DNA of 64,000 bases from Patescibacteria group bacterium. Lineage in GTDB: Bacteria > Patescibacteriota > Patescibacteriia > Magasanikbacterales > GWA2-37-8. Position 1 is the stretch's first letter, and each line of letters starts with the position of its first letter. The translations under genes were made by a program, and so were the position numbers. The stretch spans positions 78,670 through 142,669 of the forward strand of contig JBAZUP010000002.1 of NCBI GenBank assembly GCA_041661385.1, given 5' to 3'. The notes beneath the pieces were generated by a model. That model made no database searches and had not been told where the DNA came from. It saw only the letters and a program-made list of their open reading frames with translations. Of the stretch, positions 9,201 to 17,512 are shown piece by piece.

Positions 9201-11142
9201 TAGCACACTTACCGGTACAGGTGGGGCATATAATATTCCGGTTGGAAGTAATTTTTATCTTAATCCAAATGATTTACCAAATGGTACGCCCCAAACTTAT
9301 TATCATCTGGTAAATAATTTCGGTGAAATGTCGGCTGTAGTGGGTGGTTTTTATCGTGGCAATCCTAATGATTTATTATTATTTTATAGCAGCTCAGATC
9401 AGATTCCAGCAGTAAGTAATAATATCGGTCTAGATGTTAATACTGGGTTATTTAATTATTATTTTAGAGAAGCAAACGTTTATGATTTCCCTGGTTTAGT
9501 TGGCAATTTATTTTCCACAACTCCATCGTTTAAAGCGGGTACTATACAAGTCGATGATATTTGGGATGCGAATATAAGTAATACTTATGTAATTGCCGCA
9601 CCTGCTACTCAGATTCCTGATCCCTATTCTGACCCCATGAACCCCACATATATAGATGTTCCAGCGACAGTTAATACGGGTTTTTGTCCAACCGATTTAA
9701 TTATAAATGGTAGCCACGGTCATTACGATGCGCCATATACATGGCACGCAATTCGTTTTAGGTTTGATCCATACACTCATCAATTAGTTAATGTATACAC
9801 TGCATTTTGTGGGCCCGTTAGAGGGGCAGATGATGTTGTATATCAAATATCTTTCCAAACTCGCGAATGGTGTACTGATTTGGCGAACGATCAAATTGAT
9901 TTAGCGCGATCGAGCGGCCAGCGCGCTATTGCTTGGACCGATCGACTCTTTAGCCTACCAAAGAGTCCGCCATTTTCTGTGCCCGATCTCGGATTTACTT
10001 ACGATACTATTAATCCCGCGTTTGGCAGTATTTCTCCGGTGTTAAATCCGCCTCTAAATCAACCGGTATCTCTCAGTCCCGCTCCGTCGATTGATTGTTC
10101 AAGTTACAATTCAAATACCAGTAACTGCAGTTCGTTTGCGCAACCTCTTATCAACAATTCCCATACTGGATCGGCTTACAGCAGAAATTCCACTTTTCCA
10201 AATGATGTGCCTTATTGTGTTCGAGGTCCTTGTCTAATTCGGAATCCGTTTACTAACGCTTGTATGGCTTATTTTATAGACTGTTCATTGGCACGGCCGC
10301 CAGCAGCCGGTGGAAACAATTATTTGCTTACGGTATTTGCCGCTCATAATAATATTCTAAGTTATCGAACTTCTACCGCTTCTTATGTAAATAATGCTGT
10401 GTCGACAATGCCATTAAATATTACTCAATCCGGAGATTATATTACTGGTGTTCAGCCCAAACCGCCCGAAATTCACCCACTCGGTCGGAGTGTGTCTGGT
10501 ACCGGAAGTAATGCCGGAGTTTATTATGAGGAATTGCCGGCGCTGGGTTTTTCAGTGAACAATTCGAGTACCGGACAAGTGGTGTCCGCTCTTGGCAATG
10601 GGTATAATTTTTCCTTGGATTTCTTCATGTTTGCCGACAAAAATCAAATGCCGATTCGCTCGGTCACGATTGATTGGGGAGATGGGTATGCTCCTGTTCC
10701 GAATGCCGGATCTTTCCGCAATCAGCGTGGTGTTACTTCTACCGCTCCGTTAAAATTGCAGTGTCAGCCTCGGGCGAGCGCCATTGATTTCGGTCATATT
10801 CTTGATCAAACTTGCGACAACGCATATTTCCACGCCGAAAATATTTATTCCTGTGCTGGTTCGGCCGGCAATGTCTGTGCTGGGTTGAATGACAGTAATT
10901 GCTATGTCCCTGCGAATGATGCTCGAAATTTATGTCCTACTGCTTACCAAGCATCCGGTTGTTGTTTCTTCAAACCAAAGGTTAGAATTATAGATAATTG
11001 GGGGTGGTGCAATGGAAGTTGTATTGCAGGAAATGGTGGTTGTTATGATGCCTCGGTGAGTGGTGGAATTAATCAATGTAAAGAAGATCCGCGTTCTTGG
11101 ACAACATTTGGTGGTACAGTTGTTGTACCTAGCAGTAATTAA
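3238..11142 (+). CDS. giant (2634 aa) Cys-rich secreted/surface protein with CBM4/9-like beta-sandwich segment
   Basis: Uninterrupted 7.9-kb ORF. N-terminal signal/TM (LTLVSLFLFVLVFG). Very many paired cysteines. Segment near nt 6270-6640 (WVGGGFRALVS...SYDLTFWASAA...IYLDNIKLVKV) resembles carbohydrate-binding modules. Intrinsic terminator follows directly. Confidence 0.7.
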   Translation: MRDRFRKFSKLTLVSLFLFVLVFGDLVLMNRVNAQPDGSVADFAALDAGGGVPVTDIGASVSRLMSSIKALIKSALISGGIRAASYALRKVAFDSAVWVASGGKGQSPLAHTGGFGGYLKNVGDEAAGTFISEMSSKAGVNLCKVPDIKIDLAIKVGLRTRFGGGPPAKPVCTLSQFTKNWSSGEAWSKYSDPNKLAKSFSSSIIANDSDLGIYIAATEKINNKIIQQKEAATLDRQEGDGIKSLNTLIGDQIKTPAALVKKTVEGLDPAETLKKNEALLNSALAGGDAKVFPAVLSIFLSTLGGTILNNFQTKGILPTGMCAGGIGGPGCSNGSGSYNNPLFNESGEGLTSLGRAAAKSFFNYLTAVKIKEVNRYDLASQLNSCPDSPGIYNCRAGDDLTNAIDQKITIEDAIKLGILDGNKKLIPDDVKTRSISNDLNCYLSAYCLNNVKVLRQLRILPLGFEIAISRSNPNDLSTLKSVVDAFNDKNSSFYHLIDPRWVIKAPEAKCNALVNSASLLGADLPARLQDCVDLQTCVGYDNNGNCIDYGYCTREQNTWKFPADKCSEQFATCAVFQNSKGNSVGYIKRTLDSAYCTQSNDGCTAYSLSRNSLNQWVAPQFPATASANAGIFLNSKAETDCSANSAGCSIFKIASANSNDYLNIKKAPDYLGCYDSNPATPAIDWPQTAIDLGRLSTNSECNNYAKACTADEASCNWYTPKNGGIKLPGRFVPAVVTTSSVIWNDQCDARCEGYNVYREMPSNYSNGQDLAYIIPSSGKTCVAEDEGCSSFTNLSTAVGGVENTEYYSYLRPCITMSEATSTVAKTFITYEGSKENGFQLHTYLMLFNQGTTDVPQNGPAGSPKYFYKDPAELASLNNECTEQRYKDGVASLDCRQFNDKDGNIYYRMISHTIPANEKCTGYRLNDPEFYVDATIVTPDACQTRLGNWTNSGGANVCEMCVQNGEYRNGACIYSGIPTGVQNPAGVSRSCGASADTCRAYKGNAGNNIQTVFSENFETASSSDGWVGGGFRALVSTRVGEYSFEHDGGGAFSKSLTLEPGKSYDLTFWASAASMANVTVSLNNGTANTMGVVSVSGVWRQYHLGTIELKGANPSVQLTFNHAAGDSIYLDNIKLVKVASYLYLVKNSLSVDPVCDSIPNDNLPGEALGCSAYSDPQGRSFYLTNFSFLCREDAIGCTALFDTFNTESTLPEAYHVWIPGAASTTVNGSIPAPYSCKIGDGQNGCYVDIKGYSLSTIRAALNGSVVASTVYIPGDTPSSSPVYLVANKAASCNEVDLGCSLAGKQVFGSNGWQFMTTTIKNVPASYADTLCESQATGCSAFSEGDSISYFKDPSVAGQTLCAYQTDVPVANGTSGTKRQNGWFLKTRVGICSNSSSLTCHENTAASDCGVGTAVCTQLTYDPCYPAEPQTTIGYDLLSFGTTGYQNIVGECPSDQNKCTEIIDHAGNSSNRKNYLIFDDKLTSGDCAGQVSQKLGCALFDQTDNPIKLWHTTSTYAFSETVENVLVSPSSTSNNDANLILKVVPDRSCGEWLSCGSSYSVYDDQTGKYRNVCNRIQRCNGSTCSGVNATYANSILNSDIYTARTTTWAGMDYAGYSLLGFYPVERFDQVNMVTSTDNPDWRLVKKVPCGVISGVSNCTTGSVNIYSCGEPSGYVDGLPCGTESVPGVCMNHICVQPPTGVDTAITQQELADISPSHSCRAYPESDSPFPRTQKIINGGAFSGVHICSEENPNGCECNYRKVSYGDSIIKYWNYSGNDSVDSKIGNLNGNDPVGICLGGTGEGNSCSTDSQCPEGACQFKSGTVRKLLGWKGFCLEKDTSRVLNADPAVNPCLTWFPVESLVGAADIYNQHTEAGTDWHATPHNGGYYCLSSSGTSTTRTARIAFSPSGLFAQDPRQDQCGNRGAFGLADCKTENCGNGCNYQYTREIFSRNIIDIPSQTEILENNTSRAYVAATDLVGIKKEDIGVIKISTLTGTGGAYNIPVGSNFYLNPNDLPNGTPQTYYHLVNNFGEMSAVVGGFYRGNPNDLLLFYSSSDQIPAVSNNIGLDVNTGLFNYYFREANVYDFPGLVGNLFSTTPSFKAGTIQVDDIWDANISNTYVIAAPATQIPDPYSDPMNPTYIDVPATVNTGFCPTDLIINGSHGHYDAPYTWHAIRFRFDPYTHQLVNVYTAFCGPVRGADDVVYQISFQTREWCTDLANDQIDLARSSGQRAIAWTDRLFSLPKSPPFSVPDLGFTYDTINPAFGSISPVLNPPLNQPVSLSPAPSIDCSSYNSNTSNCSSFAQPLINNSHTGSAYSRNSTFPNDVPYCVRGPCLIRNPFTNACMAYFIDCSLARPPAAGGNNYLLTVFAAHNNILSYRTSTASYVNNAVSTMPLNITQSGDYITGVQPKPPEIHPLGRSVSGTGSNAGVYYEELPALGFSVNNSSTGQVVSALGNGYNFSLDFFMFADKNQMPIRSVTIDWGDGYAPVPNAGSFRNQRGVTSTAPLKLQCQPRASAIDFGHILDQTCDNAYFHAENIYSCAGSAGNVCAGLNDSNCYVPANDARNLCPTAYQASGCCFFKPKVRIIDNWGWCNGSCIAGNGGCYDASVSGGINQCKEDPRSWTTFGGTVVVPSSN

Positions 11143-11152
11143 TTATAATAAC

Positions 11153-11180
11153 AAAAAACCCCGATTCAATCGGGGTTTTT
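11153..11180 (+). terminator. rho-independent terminator of giant gene
   Basis: aaaaaccccgattcaatcggggttttttt: GC stem plus T-run. Confidence 0.7.
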
Positions 11181-11185
11181 TTATT

Positions 11186-11222
11186 ACCGACCTCCATTCC
11201 ATTGGATAGGAAAGAGGTCGGC
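11186..11222 (-). terminator. hairpin downstream of minus-strand GC-islet gene
   Basis: ccgacctc...gaggtcgg, an 8-bp stem directly after the stop of the 11243 gene. Confidence 0.4.
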
Positions 11223-11242
11223 GGTGATGAAGTTGGAGCGAA

Positions 11243-11980
11243 TTACTGGAAAACGCAGGTGTAGAGTCCGGTGAACGGATAGAACGCCTGGGTCATGGAG
11301 ATCAATTGGTTGGTCACCGGTGGGGATGTGTAAACGACCTGACTGGCAGGATCGCGAGCCAAGAGTGCGCCTTCAAGATCATTCATCTTGGCCATACACA
11401 CCCCATTGTTAACATACAGGGTGATGATGCCACCTTGTGGTCCGATTTGAGATGGGCAACCCTTCACCGCGCGGTTGTCGAGGTCACTGCGCCACTGGGC
11501 GCAGATATCGACCGGCGGGTCGTTGACCTTCAGGTTCACTGAGGCCGGGTTGCTGGAATTGCCAGCTTTGTCGGTCGAGATGGCCGTGAGGGGGAAGGAC
11601 CCAGGAGTCGTTGGGATCCACGAGCAAGTGACCGTGAAGCCGCCGTACAACCCGTACGTGACGTCGGTCGTCGTGCAGACGATCGTGTTGTTCACCTTGA
11701 AGTCAACGCGATCGATACCGCTCGTCGGAGCGCCGGGGTCGCTCACCGTGGCGGTGAGCGTGACCGTGGTGCCAACGACGATGTTGGTGTCGGCGGTCGG
11801 CGCCGTGATGACGACGGTGGGTGGGGTGATGTCGGGGTTCTGGACGCACTTGTTCTGGGTAGCGTCCCAGTGCTCGCCGGACGGGCAGGTCGGAGGGGTG
11901 TTCGTGTCTTCGCCGCCGCCACCGCAACCGACGATGAAAGCGACGATGACGACGGCGATGATGACGAAGAACTTCGTCAT
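11243..11980 (-). CDS. GC-rich islet: lipoprotein with Ig-like (Big-type) beta domain
   Basis: Start chosen at MTKFFVIIAVVIVAFIVGCGGGG, a lipobox (track ORF extends to 12079). T/V/P-rich beta-strand repeats (TPPTVVITAPTADTNIVVGTTVTLTATVSD). Region is visibly GC-rich against AT-rich flanks. The many overlapping ORFs on both strands are GC artefacts. Confidence 0.5.
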   Translation of the reverse strand: MTKFFVIIAVVIVAFIVGCGGGGEDTNTPPTCPSGEHWDATQNKCVQNPDITPPTVVITAPTADTNIVVGTTVTLTATVSDPGAPTSGIDRVDFKVNNTIVCTTTDVTYGLYGGFTVTCSWIPTTPGSFPLTAISTDKAGNSSNPASVNLKVNDPPVDICAQWRSDLDNRAVKGCPSQIGPQGGIITLYVNNGVCMAKMNDLEGALLARDPASQVVYTSPPVTNQLISMTQAFYPFTGLYTCVFQ

Positions 11981-12341
11981 CGAGGTGCGACGGATCGGCA
12001 GGGAATTGGTCATGGGCTTCTCCAGGTGCATGGGAATGGTGAGTGGCATCAACTTTGCGTCGAGGGTCTGTTGTTTCATGATGAAACTTCCTTCGGCCTC
12101 AAGGGCCCGTTGTGGCCCTTTGGGCCGTTAAACTTCTACAGACATTTTCAGAATTCTTTGAAGCTAAGGCAGAAATAGAAAATAATGGATTATTTACTAC
12201 CTATTTCCACCTTAGCTTTTCCAACTTCATAGTGGTTATTATTGGTCAAAAAATGACTAAAATAACACATTGTAAAGAGCAAAAGATGTAATAAATACAT
12301 CATTGTTTTTCAACCCAATTCTATCATAAGAAAAACATATA

Positions 12342-12370
12342 AGTATACACCAAAATAGGGGTTTTGTCAA
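12342..12370 (-). promoter_or_regulatory. sigma70-like promoter (TTGACA-N17-TATACT) pointing at the GC-islet lipoprotein gene
   Basis: Minus strand reads gtttacTTGACAaaacccctattttggtgTATACT. A near-identical module recurs at 27017-27045. Confidence 0.4.
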
Positions 12371-12395
12371 GTAAACGCCCTTATCCCCATTTTCG

Positions 12396-12424
12396 TTGTT
12401 GGCACTCATTTTTTATGCTATAAT
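12396..12424 (+). promoter_or_regulatory. candidate promoter of the T4SS-like operon (extended -10 TGcTATAAT)
   Basis: ttgttg-N17-tgcTATAAT about 40 nt upstream of the 12461 start, in a 330-bp AT-rich intergenic region. Confidence 0.3.
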
Positions 12425-12460
12425 AAGAGCACGTTTGAAGATTTAATTCTCATTGTTTCC

Positions 12461-15400
12461 ATGACGATAGAAAATATCGTAAAAAAGCTTGTTTCATGGA
12501 AAAAAATAACGCGAAATCAAAAAGCGATTTTTTTGTCGACTTTATTTTTATTTATATTTGGATTATTTTTTGCTGTTCTTCCCGCCTCAGCCCAAACGAA
12601 TACATTTGTCGGTAACAGTTTTTTTGACGCGCTTCTTATCAGCATGTCTCGGGTCATGATGGTAGTAGCACAAACCTGTTTACAGCTGCTCATGTTTGTT
12701 TTAACTTTCATTATTCAAATTGCCGCCTACAATAACTACTTAGATTCCACTGCCGTAAACACCGGTTGGATTTTAATCAGAGATCTTACCAATATGGTTT
12801 TTGTGGTGGCTTTGCTCGCCATTGCTTTCGGCACGATTCTTGGTATCGAACACTACGAATGGAAGCATATGTTGTTCAAGTTGGTTTCTGCCGCAATTTT
12901 AGTAAATTTCAGCCGCATCATCTGTGGCATTCTCATTGATATTTCTCAAGTAGTGATGATGACATTTTTAAATGGTATCGCTGCCACGATGGGCGGTAAT
13001 CTTATTCGCACTTTTAGTTTGGAAAAAATTCAAAGTTTTAGGCCTGGTGTCTCGGGCGCTCTCATTGACCCAGCCACCGTATTTATTACCGCCATGGCGG
13101 CGGTGTTTATTTCGGTCACGATATTGGTTGTCATGGGTATCATGCTCGGCATGCTTGTTGGGCGTATGATAGTGCTTTGGGTACTCATTGTACTTTCTCC
13201 AGTCGCTTTTGTGCTCGGGGTTTTACATCAGACCGAACACTATGCTTCAGAGTGGTGGGGTGAATTTGGTAAAAATGTTATAACCGGCCCGGTTTTAATA
13301 TTTTTTATTTGGCTTACTTTGGTTACGGTCGGAAGTGGAGTTATGGACCAAGAAATGAATAATGCTACCACTGGCGTTCCAAAACCAGAAACTATCAATG
13401 TCGGTATTGCTGATGTCTTATCCGGTGGTAAATTAGTAAATTTTGCTATTGCGATTGGCATGCTTTTGGTTGGTTTGCGGGTTACTCAGCATCTCGGTGG
13501 TATTGGCGCCGAATGGACCGGCAAAGCGGTAAGTATTGGTAAGAAAGCCGCAATGGCGGTGAGCGGTGTCGCACTCGCGCGTGATATGGCAAAATCTGCC
13601 GGTGGAGCGGTTCGGGATTATGGTCAACAAAGTTACAAAAATCTTGTTTCTGCACCGAAGGCGTTGGCTTCAATGGGTTTATCAAAAATAAAAATGACAC
13701 GGGATAATATTGCACAAGGCTTTGAAAAAGGTGGTAAAAAAATGATTGAATTAAAAAGTTTAAGAGATCGAAAGATTATTTCTGAGAAAGAATATCAGGC
13801 GCGTGTTAAGGGTGATGAAGTTGCATTAGGTCAAGTATATAATGAGAAAGCATTTTCACAATCTCGCGAAGAAGGCGATAAATATCGCGCTCAATTGGAA
13901 GCTGAAAATAAATTACTAAAACCGGCCGACCGACTTTCAAAGTCTCAAATTGCTCTCAAGGTTATGCAAAGGCAACAAGAAGTAATTGCTAATGTTCAAA
14001 GAGAAAAAGAAAAAGCATTAGCGGACAGTCCAAAAAAAGGTGGAGTATTTCAGTCTACAGCGGCAGGTCGCGTGGCTGGGAGTGTTTTGGGTTCGATTTT
14101 TCAATCTCAGTCCAGGGCGACTTCAAGAGCTGAAAATTGGGCACAGGCCGCTGAAAGCCTGAAAGTACGAGCTGGAAACGAAGAAAGTACAAGTGCTACG
14201 TTGGGTGGTCAGGTTAAGTTGAAACAAGGTGTACTTGAACACGCCTCCGTAGAAAGAGGTAAGGCTAAATCGCAACAGAAAAAAGATGAAGAAGCCCAGG
14301 CACTTATTGCAACGGAAGACGAAACATTCCATGAGTTAGAAGAAGGTGCAAGAAAGGCGAAGGCTGCTGGAACTGTGGCGCAAGCCTATGTTTCTGGTCA
14401 TGAGGCGTTAGCTCAACAAAAAGCTGATCAGAAAGCTGGTGTATACCGGGCTAAAACAAAACAAGAAATAGAAGAAGGCCTCGCGCGAGCTAGAGATAAT
14501 AGTGGCGTTGCCTTAGAAAGAGAAAAACTTATTTCCGAACCATTGATGGTCCGCGGTAATAAAATAGATTATATTGATCATACTCCGGAAAGTTTAAAAC
14601 TAGCCGAGAGTCATATTGATTCATTGGTCAGTGATGAGGGTGAGCGTGAAAAATTAAAGCAAAAAGCCGAAGCAATGCATATGGAGGCTTCCAGAAAGAG
14701 AGAAGAGGCAATCGGAGTACAGCGTAAAGAAGCGGTTGCTGCCCAAGAAACTGCTGCCGGTGCAAAAGCAAAAGAACAATTAGCGAAAGAAGGTGATTAT
14801 AGATTGAGAGAGCAAAGAATCACCGGCTTTACTGCAGAAATGAATCAGATTCAGGACAAGCTTACCGCAGAACGGCAAAATGAATTATTAACTTCAATTA
14901 GAAATTTATTAGAATCAGAAGTTGGCCTGACTAGGCAACAACAAATTGCTTCTTTTCAGGCGGGCAATAAAATGCAAGAAGATAGAACTGGGGGCATAAA
15001 AGAGCGTGAGGCTTTAGCAGCAAGGAGAGAATTGATGGCTTCGGCGGATAGTCGCCGGGAATTAAGGGAGACAGAACAACAAAAAGCACAAAATAAGCAA
15101 CAAGAAGAAAGATTGAGTGGAATAGGTGAAAGAGAAGCTGGGCGTGCAAAACGAGATTTGTTAGCAACTACTGGAGGACAAAATGAGCAGGCGAAAATTT
15201 ATCGCACAAGAGGACAAGAGGAGCTCGATAAAAGCTTGGCGGAAGATCCGCAAATAATGATGCAAGCGAGAGAAAAAGCTGCCATTTATAGACGTAATGG
15301 GGATCCCCTAAGGGCAGAAGCGACACTTAAATCAGCTTCAGCTCAAGTTGATAAAAAATATTCGGAATTATTTTCTGGCCTAACTTATGATGACCGAATG

Positions 15401-16231
15401 GCACAAGAAAAAATTCTATTAAGAAGGATTGCTGTAGAATCGGCGCCGGGAGGTGATCGGCGTAGGCTTGAAACTGCACAAGCAATGCGAGCTGCTTTAA
15501 CGCGATTAAATACAGCATCAGATGCTTCTTCGGCTCGAGACGGACGACAGGCCGCTGCGAGTGAATTGGGGGTTACCCAGATAGACGATACAAATAGTTT
15601 TATGGTTGAATTACAGCGGCTTACTGGTAATAGGAGTAATAATATAAATATTTTAAAAGCCGCTTTTGAAGCGAGGTTTAGAGGTGACCGGGTACAAAAA
15701 CAAGCGGCGTTAAGAGGATTATTTGAAGCTTACAAAAAAGCGGCTGAACGGGGAGATGAAACAGCGTTAGGCTTTATTAAAAAAGATTTAGTTGGTGCAT
15801 CAGGAAGTGAGACACTTAATTTTGAATGGGCAGCTGATCAAACGGACGCTAACAAATATGCCACGACGTATGGTACTTTTTTTGCGGAAAGAGCAAAGGG
15901 GCAAGTTGATACGATTGCTCCGATGTCTGGAAAAACTAAACAATCTGCGAGTGGTGAATGGGTAATGAATGGACAGACTACACAAGGACGTAAATCAATT
16001 GTCGCTTTTCATAAAGGAAAAGATGGAAGAGAGATGTCACAAAAAGATATGACTCCAGTTTACGCTTCTTGGAATAGTGCAGAAGTGAATGGGGCAAATG
16101 TTGCAGAGTATGTTCAAACAATGCAGGAGATAAAAAATGCCATGCCAGATGATGGATGGAGAAAATTCGAAGAAAATGTGAAAGATCTTAAAGCAAAAAT
16201 GGCCGCTTTTGGAGGTACCTGGCCACCGTAG
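12461..16231 (+). CDS. VirB6/TrbL-like polytopic membrane protein with long C-terminal charged coiled-coil extension (1256 aa)
   Basis: About 340 aa of multiple TM helices, then about 850 aa of E/K/R/A/Q-rich predicted coiled coil. It is the first gene of a cluster containing VirB4. Extended VirB6 proteins are known in Gram-positive and Rickettsiales T4SS. Confidence 0.5.
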   Translation: MTIENIVKKLVSWKKITRNQKAIFLSTLFLFIFGLFFAVLPASAQTNTFVGNSFFDALLISMSRVMMVVAQTCLQLLMFVLTFIIQIAAYNNYLDSTAVNTGWILIRDLTNMVFVVALLAIAFGTILGIEHYEWKHMLFKLVSAAILVNFSRIICGILIDISQVVMMTFLNGIAATMGGNLIRTFSLEKIQSFRPGVSGALIDPATVFITAMAAVFISVTILVVMGIMLGMLVGRMIVLWVLIVLSPVAFVLGVLHQTEHYASEWWGEFGKNVITGPVLIFFIWLTLVTVGSGVMDQEMNNATTGVPKPETINVGIADVLSGGKLVNFAIAIGMLLVGLRVTQHLGGIGAEWTGKAVSIGKKAAMAVSGVALARDMAKSAGGAVRDYGQQSYKNLVSAPKALASMGLSKIKMTRDNIAQGFEKGGKKMIELKSLRDRKIISEKEYQARVKGDEVALGQVYNEKAFSQSREEGDKYRAQLEAENKLLKPADRLSKSQIALKVMQRQQEVIANVQREKEKALADSPKKGGVFQSTAAGRVAGSVLGSIFQSQSRATSRAENWAQAAESLKVRAGNEESTSATLGGQVKLKQGVLEHASVERGKAKSQQKKDEEAQALIATEDETFHELEEGARKAKAAGTVAQAYVSGHEALAQQKADQKAGVYRAKTKQEIEEGLARARDNSGVALEREKLISEPLMVRGNKIDYIDHTPESLKLAESHIDSLVSDEGEREKLKQKAEAMHMEASRKREEAIGVQRKEAVAAQETAAGAKAKEQLAKEGDYRLREQRITGFTAEMNQIQDKLTAERQNELLTSIRNLLESEVGLTRQQQIASFQAGNKMQEDRTGGIKEREALAARRELMASADSRRELRETEQQKAQNKQQEERLSGIGEREAGRAKRDLLATTGGQNEQAKIYRTRGQEELDKSLAEDPQIMMQAREKAAIYRRNGDPLRAEATLKSASAQVDKKYSELFSGLTYDDRMAQEKILLRRIAVESAPGGDRRRLETAQAMRAALTRLNTASDASSARDGRQAAASELGVTQIDDTNSFMVELQRLTGNRSNNINILKAAFEARFRGDRVQKQAALRGLFEAYKKAAERGDETALGFIKKDLVGASGSETLNFEWAADQTDANKYATTYGTFFAERAKGQVDTIAPMSGKTKQSASGEWVMNGQTTQGRKSIVAFHKGKDGREMSQKDMTPVYASWNSAEVNGANVAEYVQTMQEIKNAMPDDGWRKFEENVKDLKAKMAAFGGTWPP

Positions 16232-17510
16232 AAATATAAATATGACTTTAAACCTAAAAGATAGTCAGCAGCTAGAATCAAAGCTAGTAGAAAATTCACA
16301 AACACCACAAGGGCGTGAGAATGTTTGGGTTTTTTTGCATTCTTATTTTCTTAATGCAACACCAGACGACGACAAAAAAGTTCGACTGACTTTATTTCGT
16401 TGGTATACAGACTTGACCTGGAAAAGAATAAATTTACTTTCAAATGAAGATTTTGTAAATGTCGCTTTTGGTCGACAAGTACCACTCGCTTTACTTCTCG
16501 GGTTTGATATTCAAAAAATTCTTTTTGATTATTTAAATTTTCGATGCCCAGAAAAGGAAGACATGGTGGATGTTTATGCAAAAACAAAAAATGCTTTTAT
16601 GAATTCTGAGGCTTTTCTTGGTTCGTTGGACGGAATTGAATATGGCGTAAAAGATATTATACCGGATATAAAAAAATATAATTTAGAAAGCCTGTCTACT
16701 TTAGAAAAAGCGACTATTACAGAAAAATTAACAAAAATATTGTTTCCCAAGAAAGATGAATTATTTAATCAATATATATTTACCGAGCCAACTCAGGTTG
16801 TTGATTGGTTTATCGGGTTGGTAAATTTTTTCATGGGTGTAAAAGCTGAGGATATTAAATTGATAGTGGACGGTTATAATAGAGAAGAGGATGAAGAAAT
16901 TATTAAAATATCCGAAAATAATAAAAAAATTGCACAAAAAGAGACAGAAAATAAACCATTCGAATTAAAACAATCGGAATCGATGAAAAATGTTATTCCG
17001 GTTATAAAACCCGAAGAGCCAAAAAAGCCGGAAATAAAAATTGAGGCTAAAAAAGAGATAAAACCCGAAGCGAAAAAAGAAATTAAACCTGAAATTAAAC
17101 CAACTGAAATTAAGGCCGGCGCAAAAACGCCGGAGAAAACTGATGACTCTATGTTTTTCTCAAAAAAATCAACTTCGCCAAAGAAACAAGAAGGTGAAGT
17201 AAATCACAATGTCGATGAAAACCTAAATGCTCCGAAGGCCCTGACACGTTCGCCAATTTTATCTGGTCATAAAAAGCCAGAAACGACGACGGGGGTAACC
17301 AATCGAAGATTGTCTTATAAGGAAATAAGAAAGCAATTAGAAAGCCGATTTGCAAAGGACTCGTATGGGCATTTCTTGAATGTGACAGATGTGCTGAACG
17401 AGTTGCAAAAAATTTCTGTTACGCAAGAAGATCCGCACATAAAAGATTTGTATTATTTTAATGAACAAGCTGGAGGATTTGAGTGGAATGAAAATTTACT
17501 CAAAGATTAA
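16209..17510 (+). CDS. hypothetical protein with KPE/KKEIKPE tandem repeats
   Basis: Real start is probably ATG at 16239 (MTLNLKD). Lys-Pro-Glu repeats (EIKPEAKKEIKPEIKPTEIK), no TM. Sits between the VirB6-like gene and the Pro-rich gene. Confidence 0.45.
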   Translation: MEVPGHRRNINMTLNLKDSQQLESKLVENSQTPQGRENVWVFLHSYFLNATPDDDKKVRLTLFRWYTDLTWKRINLLSNEDFVNVAFGRQVPLALLLGFDIQKILFDYLNFRCPEKEDMVDVYAKTKNAFMNSEAFLGSLDGIEYGVKDIIPDIKKYNLESLSTLEKATITEKLTKILFPKKDELFNQYIFTEPTQVVDWFIGLVNFFMGVKAEDIKLIVDGYNREEDEEIIKISENNKKIAQKETENKPFELKQSESMKNVIPVIKPEEPKKPEIKIEAKKEIKPEAKKEIKPEIKPTEIKAGAKTPEKTDDSMFFSKKSTSPKKQEGEVNHNVDENLNAPKALTRSPILSGHKKPETTTGVTNRRLSYKEIRKQLESRFAKDSYGHFLNVTDVLNELQKISVTQEDPHIKDLYYFNEQAGGFEWNENLLKD

Positions 17511-17512
17511 TT

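Noticed and set aside
11306-12178. Multiple long ORFs on both strands inside the 11.2-12.1 kb GC block (11306..11542+, 11475..12131+, 11703..11927-, 11870..12178+)
   Set aside because: High GC removes stop codons in all frames. These ORFs are Arg/His/Gly-rich with no signal, SD or motif. The minus-strand lipoprotein ORF has a lipobox, domain-like repeats and a downstream hairpin, so it is the only plausible gene.
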